64,000 bases of DNA, taken from NCBI RefSeq assembly GCF_001435585.1, contig NZ_AZEC01000007.1, positions 4,122-68,121 of the forward strand. Direction: 5' to 3'. The notes below the pieces were generated by a model. That model saw nothing but the letters and a program-made list of their open reading frames with translations, did not search any database and had not been told where the DNA came from. Of the stretch, positions 50,064-58,880 are shown piece after piece. The stretch comes from Schleiferilactobacillus perolens DSM 12744. GTDB taxonomy: Bacteria > Bacillota > Bacilli > Lactobacillales > Lactobacillaceae. The stretch's first letter is position 1; each line of letters begins with the position of its first letter. The position numbers and the translations under genes are program-made.

Positions 50064-51545
50064 TCAAACAAACGGCCGGCCGACACCAGCGATCCAAGAC
50101 CGTTGCCAATTGGTCACCGGTTGAACCATGATCTTAGGCGGCCAGGATTCGATCACCATGTTGTTGCCCAGATAGATGGCCACATGCCAGATCAAACCGC
50201 TGCTCGGATCACGATAGAAAATCAGGTCGCCCCGTTGGCGTTCACCATAGGAAACCTTCTTCAGCAACGGGTTTGCCCAGAGATTGCGTGATTCCCATTC
50301 GTACCCAGGTTGGGCATGCCGGATGGAGGAAGAAGGTAACGGATTGATGCCGCTGCTGTACAGTGCCTGCATGACGAGGCCGCTGCAGTCGGTACCGTAA
50401 GCCGGAGAAGTGGAAGCACCCACGATATAAGGTTTACCCAGATACTGGTAAGCTGTACTGATCATGGCTTCAATATGATCACTGCGGGTACTGTTTTCGT
50501 TGGTCTTCAGCGGTGATACATACCCATCAATGGTGTAGAAATCATCACGTTTGAAGCCCATGTTCGTCCAGAACTTAACATCCACTTGTCCGGTAACTGG
50601 CAAGCCCCAACGCCGTTGATAGTACATGATCTTGTTGACGGCGGTTTGGTTCAGGTTGGCGTAAGAACGATCCATCCCTAACCACCAAAGCGTCAGCCAA
50701 GTCTTGATCCCTTCAGAGCCTAAGCGTAGATTGTAGCCCACTTTACCCTGGGGCAAGATTTGGGTGTTGCTGATTTGCCAATACTGACCAGGGTTTTGAT
50801 AAACCGCCTGGCGTTGCGCGCCACCGGCATTGATCCATTGATTGGCGCCGATTTGATACCATTGGGCACCATTTGAAGAACTGCCCGTCGCAGTGACTTT
50901 CCACTTCGAACCCTTCGCCAGCCAGCGGCCGCTGAATTTATATTGGAAACCAGTCCATAATGGCATGTCTTGGACCAGCGTGACGGTGAAGCTGTTCTTG
51001 TGAGCGGCACTGTGGCTCAGTTCACCCACATCGTTGGCGCTGACCCATTGGTTATCGCCAATTTGATACCAGGTTTGACCATTGGCCGTGGCGGTGTAAG
51101 TGGCAATCCACACCGATCCGGTGTTCAAAGTCCGACCGCTCTTTTGGGTACCCATACCGTTATACAATGGTGCATCGTGCTTTATCCCAATGACGTATCG
51201 GGCGGGCAGTTTTTGCCAAGTGCTGCGTAAAACAACGTCGCTAGCAAGGACATATTGCGTCGCGCTGACCCGATAATAATCCTTACCGGCCACGGTGGTT
51301 TTCCCTGTCAGGCGCCACGCAGAATTAGCTTTCAGTGTGCCATCTTTGACAGCAGTCGTGTTCTGCAGGGTGTAAATAGCCGCCCCATTCGGTCCAACGA
51401 CTCCCACATCGTTAAATGCTGCGACACCAACTGTTGGCGTGCTGCTCCCTGTAGCCGCTTGGGCAGTCGGGATTGTCGTCAACAGCGGCGCGGCGGCGAG
51501 AATGGCTAAAATAGCCATCGTCAGCCGCTTGCTTGCTTTCTTCAT
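50064..51545 (-). CDS. NlpC/P60-family hydrolase with N-terminal SH3b repeats
   Basis: C-terminal GKPYIVGAS…TDCSGLV…H motif. Signal peptide MKKASKRLTMAILAILAAAPLL. RBS GGGAGA. Confidence 0.8.
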   Translation of the reverse strand: MKKASKRLTMAILAILAAAPLLTTIPTAQAATGSSTPTVGVAAFNDVGVVGPNGAAIYTLQNTTAVKDGTLKANSAWRLTGKTTVAGKDYYRVSATQYVLASDVVLRSTWQKLPARYVIGIKHDAPLYNGMGTQKSGRTLNTGSVWIATYTATANGQTWYQIGDNQWVSANDVGELSHSAAHKNSFTVTLVQDMPLWTGFQYKFSGRWLAKGSKWKVTATGSSSNGAQWYQIGANQWINAGGAQRQAVYQNPGQYWQISNTQILPQGKVGYNLRLGSEGIKTWLTLWWLGMDRSYANLNQTAVNKIMYYQRRWGLPVTGQVDVKFWTNMGFKRDDFYTIDGYVSPLKTNENSTRSDHIEAMISTAYQYLGKPYIVGASTSPAYGTDCSGLVMQALYSSGINPLPSSSIRHAQPGYEWESRNLWANPLLKKVSYGERQRGDLIFYRDPSSGLIWHVAIYLGNNMVIESWPPKIMVQPVTNWQRSWIAGVGRPFV

Positions 51546-51649
51546 ATTTCCATCTCCCAAATTAAATCAACTTTACAACCATTATTATGATAGAATAAAT
51601 TGGTCGAAATTGATACCAAAATATCTTACATTGTTTGGGAGAAAATGTC

Positions 51650-53050
51650 ATGCAGAAGAAAAAATGGGTGAGTTTAGCAACATTTGGGGCACTACTACTG
51701 GCACTGGGCGGGTTGAGTGCACACCGGGCGGAGGCCACTGTCGCTAATGGTGTGTTGTATCTGAATCGACCGGCCACCATGTATCATGGCTACGATGATA
51801 CGCGGCAAAGCACCGGTCAAACATTGAAGGCCGGTTCGCAGTGGAAGATCACGGGTCAACAAGAGTCCGCTGGCGTGACCTGGTATCAGGTAGCCACCAA
51901 TACCTGGGTCACCGAGAATGCGCAATTTAACCCGCAACAATCTTACGGCGTGGTCCGGTTGAACCAGACCGCAACCATTTATACGGTGCCGGGGGACAAG
52001 AATACCAGCACCGGCCGCAATCTGAATGCCGGTTCCAGTTGGCGCGTGACGGACCAGCAGGTCGTTGCGGGCGTGACGTGGTACCAAGTCGCCACCAACA
52101 CCTGGGTGACCCAGAACTATGCGTTTAATCCAATTCCGTATCAAACGGTGACCCTAGCCCAACCGACCACGCTATACAACGGTTATGGGGCAGCGCGGCA
52201 ATCCACCGGCCGGACGCTGGCCATCGGCAGTGCCTGGAAGATTACCCATGCCGCCACGGAGAATGGGGTGACGTGGTACGAGATCGGCCCCAATCAGTGG
52301 ATCACGACCAACACCAGCTACAACCCTGTCCCGGATCACTTTGACAATGCCATTATGACGATTACCGTCAATACGAAGAATGGCGCCAATGTGTATTCGA
52401 GTTATCAAGCGGGCCGCTGGTGGGTGAATCGCCTGTCCTTTGGCTCTCGGTGGAAAGTGACACGACAAGCAGTCGCCAATGATGGTTCCCTCTGGTATCA
52501 GGTGGGGACGAATCAATGGGTGAGCGCCACTGGCGGGATTGCTACCGGCGTGGTGTATCCGAACAGCGCCTACATCAACGGTGTCCCGTTAATTTCCCAG
52601 TTGCCGGAATTGCCCAATGGCTGTGAAATCACCGCCGTCACCATGATGCTGCGGTACGCCGGGGCTAATGTGAATAAGATGCAGCTGGCCCGGGAAATGC
52701 CCCGGTCATCTAATCCCAATTATGGCTATATTGGCGATCCTTGGAATAATACCGGTATCACCATCTTTCCACCGGCGCTAATGAATATTGTGCAAAAATA
52801 TGCGGGCAATTCGATTAATATGACCGGCATGTCCTTTGATGCCATCCGCTACCAAGTGGGCATTCGTAAACATCCCGTGGTGGCTTGGATGACCATGCAT
52901 GGCTTCCCGTATCATGCGGTAGTCGTTACTGGGTATTCGGCCAGTAACGTCACGTACCTGGATTGCTGGACCAACAGTGTCGGGACGATGAGCATCGACG
53001 CGTTTGTCAATAATTGGCAAACTCAGAATCGCCGGGCGATCTCGTATTAA
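51650..53050 (+). CDS. 4 SH3b repeats fused to a C39-like papain-fold peptidase domain
   Basis: GCEITAVTMMLRYAG Cys motif and C-terminal His. RBS GGGAGA. Confidence 0.7.
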   Translation: MQKKKWVSLATFGALLLALGGLSAHRAEATVANGVLYLNRPATMYHGYDDTRQSTGQTLKAGSQWKITGQQESAGVTWYQVATNTWVTENAQFNPQQSYGVVRLNQTATIYTVPGDKNTSTGRNLNAGSSWRVTDQQVVAGVTWYQVATNTWVTQNYAFNPIPYQTVTLAQPTTLYNGYGAARQSTGRTLAIGSAWKITHAATENGVTWYEIGPNQWITTNTSYNPVPDHFDNAIMTITVNTKNGANVYSSYQAGRWWVNRLSFGSRWKVTRQAVANDGSLWYQVGTNQWVSATGGIATGVVYPNSAYINGVPLISQLPELPNGCEITAVTMMLRYAGANVNKMQLAREMPRSSNPNYGYIGDPWNNTGITIFPPALMNIVQKYAGNSINMTGMSFDAIRYQVGIRKHPVVAWMTMHGFPYHAVVVTGYSASNVTYLDCWTNSVGTMSIDAFVNNWQTQNRRAISY

Positions 53051-53068
53051 AGTGAATCATCATTAAAC

Positions 53069-53090
53069 AAAGCGGCTGCGGCCGCTTTTT
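53069..53090 (+). terminator. Terminator
   Basis: AAAGCGGC-TGC-GGCCGCTTTTTG. Confidence 0.75.
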
Positions 53091-53143
53091 GCTTGCCTTG
53101 CAGGCGACAATGTCTGATAATCGTTGCATGGAGGACAGGAAAA

Positions 53144-54394
53144 ATGCAAAAACGAACGAGAAATCTGATCATCGGGATCCTACTGGGACTGGTCCTGATG
53201 GGCGCGACCGGCTTGGCCGTTTATCACTATTGGGCTGTTCCCCGATTTGAAAAACGGACAGAAGAGGCCGTGAAACGGGCGACGGCCGAGGAAGAAGCCG
53301 ATGCCAGCAGCCTGTCGAAGCGGGCGGCGGACTTATCGAAACAGGCCGATAAGAAAAACGCCAGCAGTCAAAGCACTGCCAAACCCGGCACCGACAGTGT
53401 GGACAAGCTGAGCGCGGCGTCGGAACAAGCATTGACGAAACGCTTAAAAGAAGAACAATTTGTGGGGACCTTATTGTTAGTTCGCGGAGGCCAGATTATC
53501 TATAATCAAGGCTTCGGGTATGCGGACGCGGCCACCAAACGTTTGAATACCGTCAACTCACTGTTCCAAATTGGATCGACCCAAAAGTCGCTGACCGCAA
53601 TTTTAGTGGCACAGCTAATTGCCCAGGGCAAACTGCATTACACAGACAACATCAATCAGTATTACAGTGAGATTCCCGCAAGTTACCACATCACGATTCG
53701 GCAAATGCTGGACATGCAATCGGGTCTTGGTCTGGAGGCTAAAACCCCGACCGCAGTGATGACCGATGCCCAAGTCATCGCCCGGGCCATTGCCAACATG
53801 CACTATTCAGCAGCGAATCAGGGCAAACAGGTGTATCAGGCAGTCAACTATGTCATCTTGGCCGGGGTGGTAGAAAAACTCACCGGCATGAGTTATGAGC
53901 AGGCTGTTAAAACCAGGCTATTTGCGCCACTGAATATCACGAATAGCCAAGCTGGCTTTATGTGGGACTTTGCTAATCAAAGCAACCACACGATTAGTTA
54001 TGTGTCCGGCCCGCAGTTTGATACCTACGACAAAATTGCCGTGGAAACCACAGCGGATATGCACAGTGAATTAGGCACCGGCAATATTTACACCACCCCC
54101 TATACGCTGTATCAGGTGCAACGGGCGATCATTCAGGGAAAGTACATTACGACTGATCAACTGGCTCAATTGCGCAATTCAAGCAATGGGGCATACGGCG
54201 GCGGTGTGTACAATTATGGCAGCTACATTTACTCCCATGGTGTGAAGGACTGGCAGGAGCTGATCATGACCATTGGTAGTGATGGTAACGATGCGGTGAT
54301 TTTTATGTCTAATCGGGCCTATGATTACGACAATGCCCGTCCCCGCAGTCAATGGTACTGGGATTTTCTAGAGAATGCCCAAGTTCAACAATGA
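53144..54394 (+). CDS. Membrane-anchored beta-lactamase-fold serine hydrolase, paralog of the 44596 C-terminal domain
   Basis: N-terminal TM helix. STQKS motif. RBS GGAGGA. Confidence 0.8.
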   Translation: MQKRTRNLIIGILLGLVLMGATGLAVYHYWAVPRFEKRTEEAVKRATAEEEADASSLSKRAADLSKQADKKNASSQSTAKPGTDSVDKLSAASEQALTKRLKEEQFVGTLLLVRGGQIIYNQGFGYADAATKRLNTVNSLFQIGSTQKSLTAILVAQLIAQGKLHYTDNINQYYSEIPASYHITIRQMLDMQSGLGLEAKTPTAVMTDAQVIARAIANMHYSAANQGKQVYQAVNYVILAGVVEKLTGMSYEQAVKTRLFAPLNITNSQAGFMWDFANQSNHTISYVSGPQFDTYDKIAVETTADMHSELGTGNIYTTPYTLYQVQRAIIQGKYITTDQLAQLRNSSNGAYGGGVYNYGSYIYSHGVKDWQELIMTIGSDGNDAVIFMSNRAYDYDNARPRSQWYWDFLENAQVQQ

Positions 54395-54399
54395 GACAA

Positions 54400-54449
54400 C
54401 AAAAAATGCGCTGGTCAGACGATTAATCGTTTGGTGCAGCGCATTTTTA
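54400..54449. terminator. Bidirectional terminator
   Basis: AATGCGCTG…CAGCGCATT flanked by an A-run and a T-run. Confidence 0.75.
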
Positions 54450-54458
54450 TATTCCAGG

Positions 54459-55910
54459 CTAGCGGTCCTGAACCTTAGACAGCCACCACTCTAGTCCAAG
54501 TCCGGCCATGATGAACCACATGGGCTGAACGGAGAAGGAATAACGATATTGGGTTTCAGTGACGAGATTCACGACAGCAAAGGTGAAGATGAAGAACACC
54601 ATCAGCAATTGCCGATCGTAACCCTTATGCAGCATGGGCCACAAACTGAAGAGGGCCAGAATGAAGATCCCCAGCATCCACATCGTCTTCACGCCGTCAT
54701 ACCAGCGGACAAGACGGGGATGGGTCTTTTGTAACTCAATGGTCGGGAAGATCAGGCCGCCTTTCCCAAACCAAAAGACGTTTTGCTTGGTGACGGCCAG
54801 GCGCGCCGCGGATTTGATCCCAGCTTTGCGCAGGTTTTGGATGTTTTCCATCAGCATCGCTTTGCTGGCGTCATGTTGGGAAAGGTGTTTCTCAGCCTTG
54901 ATCACTTTCGTCCGGGCTAACACCCGATTGCTATATTGCCCATTGCTGGATAACTCGATCCCAGTCGCAAACTTCCAGTAAGGATCCAGCACCTTCATGC
55001 CAGCCGGAGCCAAGCCGCTAGCCGATACACCGGCCGAGAAAACCGCATTGAACCCGAAGAAGGCCACCGCAATGACCACGAGGTTAAGCAGCCGTTTACG
55101 CCATTGGGGAGTGAATAAACCAAAGAAGAAGTAGGCACCCACAGCTACGATCAACGCCAAGCCATCCGGCCGTAAGAAGTTACCAACGCTCAGCACGAAG
55201 CCCGCTAATGCCACCCACAACCAACCATGATCTCGATCTTCAGCCAACGTCACGAAGTATAAACTAAGTAAGGTGAAGAAGGTACTGGCAATATTGTTCG
55301 TCAACACACCGTTATAAGCGATCGGAGTGGCAAACAAGGCATAGGCCAACCCAGCGAATTGCGCGACAAACTGTTTTGTGGAGAAACGATGGGCCAGCAA
55401 GTAAACCAACCATACACTGCCGGTACTTAATAGAAGATTGACGATGCGCAATGTCCAAATGGAGTTGAAAATCCGTAACAACACCGCTTCATAGAAAGAG
55501 AAGCCAACCTGATAAGGAAAACTGGCGAAGTAGTACCCTTTGTTAAAGGCTAGGTTGCCCTTCAGAATATCCTGGGCGGCGTTATACTGGACTAAGAAGT
55601 CTGATTCTGGTGCAGGGTGAAAAATAATCAACCCCACGATTCGCGCAATCAAGGCAATCGCCAATAGCCACCAGAGAAAATGATTACCATGATAGCGATT
55701 GGCCGTAAATGCCAATACCGCGAATACAGGTACCATTAATAGAAAGAACGGCCAATAACTGGGAATCAGTAAACTGCTGCCAAGCAGTGTAAAGGCAGAT
55801 AACAGGCCAAACACGATCCAAAAAATAATATGCAGCCATCGACCTGCGACATTAAAGCGCGGTGCAGACACTGGCTCAGGCTTAATATACATAGCAGAAA
55901 CCTCGCTCAT
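54459..55910 (-). CDS. Polytopic membrane protein, putative GT-C glycosyltransferase
   Basis: 483 aa with at least 11 TM helices. Confidence 0.65.
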   Translation of the reverse strand: MSEVSAMYIKPEPVSAPRFNVAGRWLHIIFWIVFGLLSAFTLLGSSLLIPSYWPFFLLMVPVFAVLAFTANRYHGNHFLWWLLAIALIARIVGLIIFHPAPESDFLVQYNAAQDILKGNLAFNKGYYFASFPYQVGFSFYEAVLLRIFNSIWTLRIVNLLLSTGSVWLVYLLAHRFSTKQFVAQFAGLAYALFATPIAYNGVLTNNIASTFFTLLSLYFVTLAEDRDHGWLWVALAGFVLSVGNFLRPDGLALIVAVGAYFFFGLFTPQWRKRLLNLVVIAVAFFGFNAVFSAGVSASGLAPAGMKVLDPYWKFATGIELSSNGQYSNRVLARTKVIKAEKHLSQHDASKAMLMENIQNLRKAGIKSAARLAVTKQNVFWFGKGGLIFPTIELQKTHPRLVRWYDGVKTMWMLGIFILALFSLWPMLHKGYDRQLLMVFFIFTFAVVNLVTETQYRYSFSVQPMWFIMAGLGLEWWLSKVQDR

Positions 55911-56184
55911 CCAAATTTACTCTCACAAAAAGTATACCTGTTAAGGCTACTTAGTGGAAGGTAACACACGGTACTTAAGGGCTTTAGGGCAAAAAAATAG
56001 CGATGCGCGCAAGCACACCGCCAACGATCAAATTATGAGCGTCAGTACCGAATACCAAAGTTAAGTATAACCGAGACCAACGGAAAAGGGAAGATAGATT
56101 GAAAAATTTTCTTGCCAAAGACTTCATTTATGGAAGCTTTCTTCAAGTGGGATGGCTTTGTTACGAAATTGATAAACTAAACAG

Positions 56185-56213
56185 TTAACATGTCTGTCCT
56201 AATCAGGTATAAT
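56185..56213 (+). promoter_or_regulatory. Strong sigma-A promoter P1 of the surface protein gene. A second candidate P2 lies at about 56271-56305.
   Basis: TTAACA, 17 nt, TATAAT. P2 is TTGTTC, 18 nt, TGtTATACT (extended -10). Confidence 0.6.
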
Positions 56214-56349
56214 CGACTTTGTACTAGAGTAAGACTCACCGAGTCGAAAACATGAACATTTTTGAAGTTTCTGTTGTTCCCATTTCCGACAGTGTGTTAT
56301 ACTAACTCATGGTATCAATTAAATTATGAGATTTTAGGAGGAATACCAA

Positions 56350-58776
56350 ATGAAGAATTCTTCAAAGGTTAAGTACTTTGGTGCTGTAGCCGCTGCTCTG
56401 TTGGCAGTAGCTCCGATTGCAGCTCCTGTAGTTAGCCAGATTGCTTCACCTGCTATTACACAGGCTGCTGATGCAGCAGACGTTGCTTTAACTTATGGCC
56501 AAGCTGATAATGTGAAGACCCAGTTAAACAATGATGCGTCGAGTTTCGTGATTAGTCATGATCAAGCTACTAAAAACGTGGCAGCGTGGCAGTCTTGGGT
56601 GAATGCAAATGCCCAAAACAACACTTCTACATCCAATATGCCTAATGCAAAAGATTGGTTGGGAACTGCTTTCAATACCGCAACTTCAGGGAACCCGTTT
56701 GTTAAGACTGCAACGACTGGTGCTGATATCTATTCACCGAAAAATGCAGATAATTCAAAGGCTAACGTTGGTTTAAGCTATACGGTTTCTGGTGGTTATG
56801 GGAACCAATTGTCCGCTAGCTCACAAACACAACAGATTGCAACGAACTTGCAATTAGCATCTATTGCTCAGGATGATTCCACTTATAATATTACGGTTAC
56901 TGCATACGATGTTCGTACGCAACAACCGTTAAAGGATTCAACTGGTGCAACAGTACAAAAGTCTTACAGTGTTACTATCCAAGGGACTAGCCCTGCACAA
57001 GCCACAGTTGCTTCTGGTACATTTAAGCCAGTAAACATTAAGGCTGGGGATAAGTTCCCTGGTGTGTTCGCTGATACAACAAGTGCTGCTGGTGATATCA
57101 CATTGACTGTCAATGGTAAGCCTGTTGCTATTAACGTTGCACAAGATGTTGAGAAACTTGGCTATGCTCAATCACAACCTGCTGATATTGGTACTGTAAC
57201 TCTTGCCATGAAGAATGGCATTGATGTGCTTGGCAATTACATTAATAAAGAAACCGGTTCTTGGACTGGTAATGGGGTTGCCTATCAGGTTGCTCAATTA
57301 GCTTCAAATAATCAGGCTATTGTCAGTTTAAAGGATTCCTTGAAGAACACTAAACCTGCTCTTCTTGGTGGAGACTTATGGTCCGATGGGGCAGGCAATC
57401 TGTTCCTGGTTCGTCCGGTTACAATTACTGATTCTGATTATAACCAGGCTTTGCCGACTGTATTTTATCAGTATCAAGCTACGCCTGCTAAACCAGTTCA
57501 ATATTGGGATGGCTCGACAGTTTATTTGACCACTGATGATGATGCCGCTTTGAACAAGTCCGGTGCACTTTTGACTCCTGATTTGGTTGCCGCTGCCGTT
57601 CGTGCAGTTGCTGTTGGCAAGAACTTAACTGCTAAACAGTCATCTACATCTGATGATCCTATTCCTACCGCAGATGGTAAAGGTTCTGTAACTTCTCTTG
57701 CTGATTTAGTAAAGGAAGTTAAGGCTGCTGCTGCTGCTGCTGGTGTCAATATTGGCAGTAGCTCAAATCAGTTTGATAAGTCTGCTTCTGTGTTGATCCC
57801 TGTTACCTTTACGAATGCTGCCAATTTGAAGACTACTGTCAAGATTCCTGTTACTCTTGATGCTACGACTCAGGGTGCTCCGGTATTCACATTTGCACAG
57901 GGTTGGGTACAAAATCCGACTGTTCAAGTTGGTCAACAGTTTAAAGCAACAGAAGGTATCTCTGCTTGGACTGATAGCAAACTGAATACGGCTATTGATC
58001 CAGTAGACTGGAAGATCGATGGTTCTGTTGATACAAGTAAAGCTGGCATTTACAACTTAACTTATACGATTACCAATCCTACGACTGGTAAGACTGCTCA
58101 ATTGAAGCGTACTGTTACTGTAACTGCTTCTGACAAATCTGTTTTTGAAAACACCAATGGTGTAATTTCTATTCAGACTTCAAAGGCCCCTCAGTACACT
58201 TACGATTCAGCTTCTGACAGCTTCAAGGTTGCTGACAGCTATACTCAATTGAAGTTAGCTTCTGCTTGGAAGTATAACCAAAAGGCTACTACTACGAATG
58301 GTGATGTTTACTACCGTGTAAGTGCTAATGGTTATGTTAAGGCAACTGACGTAACGACTGCTAAGGTTACTCCTCAGTTTGGTGTTGTAACTGTTAATAC
58401 CGACAACGGTACTAAGACTTACGCTAATACAACTAAGGATTCCGGCGCTGTACAAAGCATCAAGCCTGATACTGCTTGGAAGTTCTTCGCTGTTGCTGTT
58501 AACCCAGATGGCTCTCGTGCTTATCTGGTCGCTGACAATCAATGGATTCCTGCTTCTGACGTGGTTGAACGTGTTCAATCCGCTTCTGGCGTGTTCACTG
58601 TTGGTTCTGATGTAGCTCCGACATTCAATGGTTCTGGCTCTGTTGTTAAGGGCAAGACTTTGAAGGCTCGTTCCGCTTGGAAGGTTACCGGCGTTAAGAA
58701 TATTAACGGCCAACCTTACTATCGGATTGCTACTGACTTATATGTACGTGCCGATTACGGTTCTTACGCTAAGTAA
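56350..58776 (+). CDS. Large S-layer-like or major surface protein with 4 C-terminal SH3b repeats
   Basis: Signal peptide. T/A/S-rich. Much lower GC and T-ending codon bias than neighbouring genes. Big_3-like segment. Confidence 0.8.
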   Translation: MKNSSKVKYFGAVAAALLAVAPIAAPVVSQIASPAITQAADAADVALTYGQADNVKTQLNNDASSFVISHDQATKNVAAWQSWVNANAQNNTSTSNMPNAKDWLGTAFNTATSGNPFVKTATTGADIYSPKNADNSKANVGLSYTVSGGYGNQLSASSQTQQIATNLQLASIAQDDSTYNITVTAYDVRTQQPLKDSTGATVQKSYSVTIQGTSPAQATVASGTFKPVNIKAGDKFPGVFADTTSAAGDITLTVNGKPVAINVAQDVEKLGYAQSQPADIGTVTLAMKNGIDVLGNYINKETGSWTGNGVAYQVAQLASNNQAIVSLKDSLKNTKPALLGGDLWSDGAGNLFLVRPVTITDSDYNQALPTVFYQYQATPAKPVQYWDGSTVYLTTDDDAALNKSGALLTPDLVAAAVRAVAVGKNLTAKQSSTSDDPIPTADGKGSVTSLADLVKEVKAAAAAAGVNIGSSSNQFDKSASVLIPVTFTNAANLKTTVKIPVTLDATTQGAPVFTFAQGWVQNPTVQVGQQFKATEGISAWTDSKLNTAIDPVDWKIDGSVDTSKAGIYNLTYTITNPTTGKTAQLKRTVTVTASDKSVFENTNGVISIQTSKAPQYTYDSASDSFKVADSYTQLKLASAWKYNQKATTTNGDVYYRVSANGYVKATDVTTAKVTPQFGVVTVNTDNGTKTYANTTKDSGAVQSIKPDTAWKFFAVAVNPDGSRAYLVADNQWIPASDVVERVQSASGVFTVGSDVAPTFNGSGSVVKGKTLKARSAWKVTGVKNINGQPYYRIATDLYVRADYGSYAK

Positions 58777-58795
58777 TTAGCAAGTAGCTAGTTTA

Positions 58796-58827
58796 AAAAG
58801 TCCGATCGAAAGATCGGGCTTTTTTTG
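58796..58827 (+). terminator. Strong terminator
   Basis: AAAAAGTCCGATC-GAAA-GATCGGGCTTTTTTTG. Confidence 0.85.
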
Positions 58828-58880
58828 TACCCTCGTTTATGCGAAACTAGATTTAATCACATTGGCGAGGAAAGATAATT

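Noticed and set aside
51695-52516. Minus-strand ORFs (149 and 114 aa)
   Set aside because: Antisense to the SH3b-C39 gene. Open frames arise from repeated Gly/Trp-rich codons.
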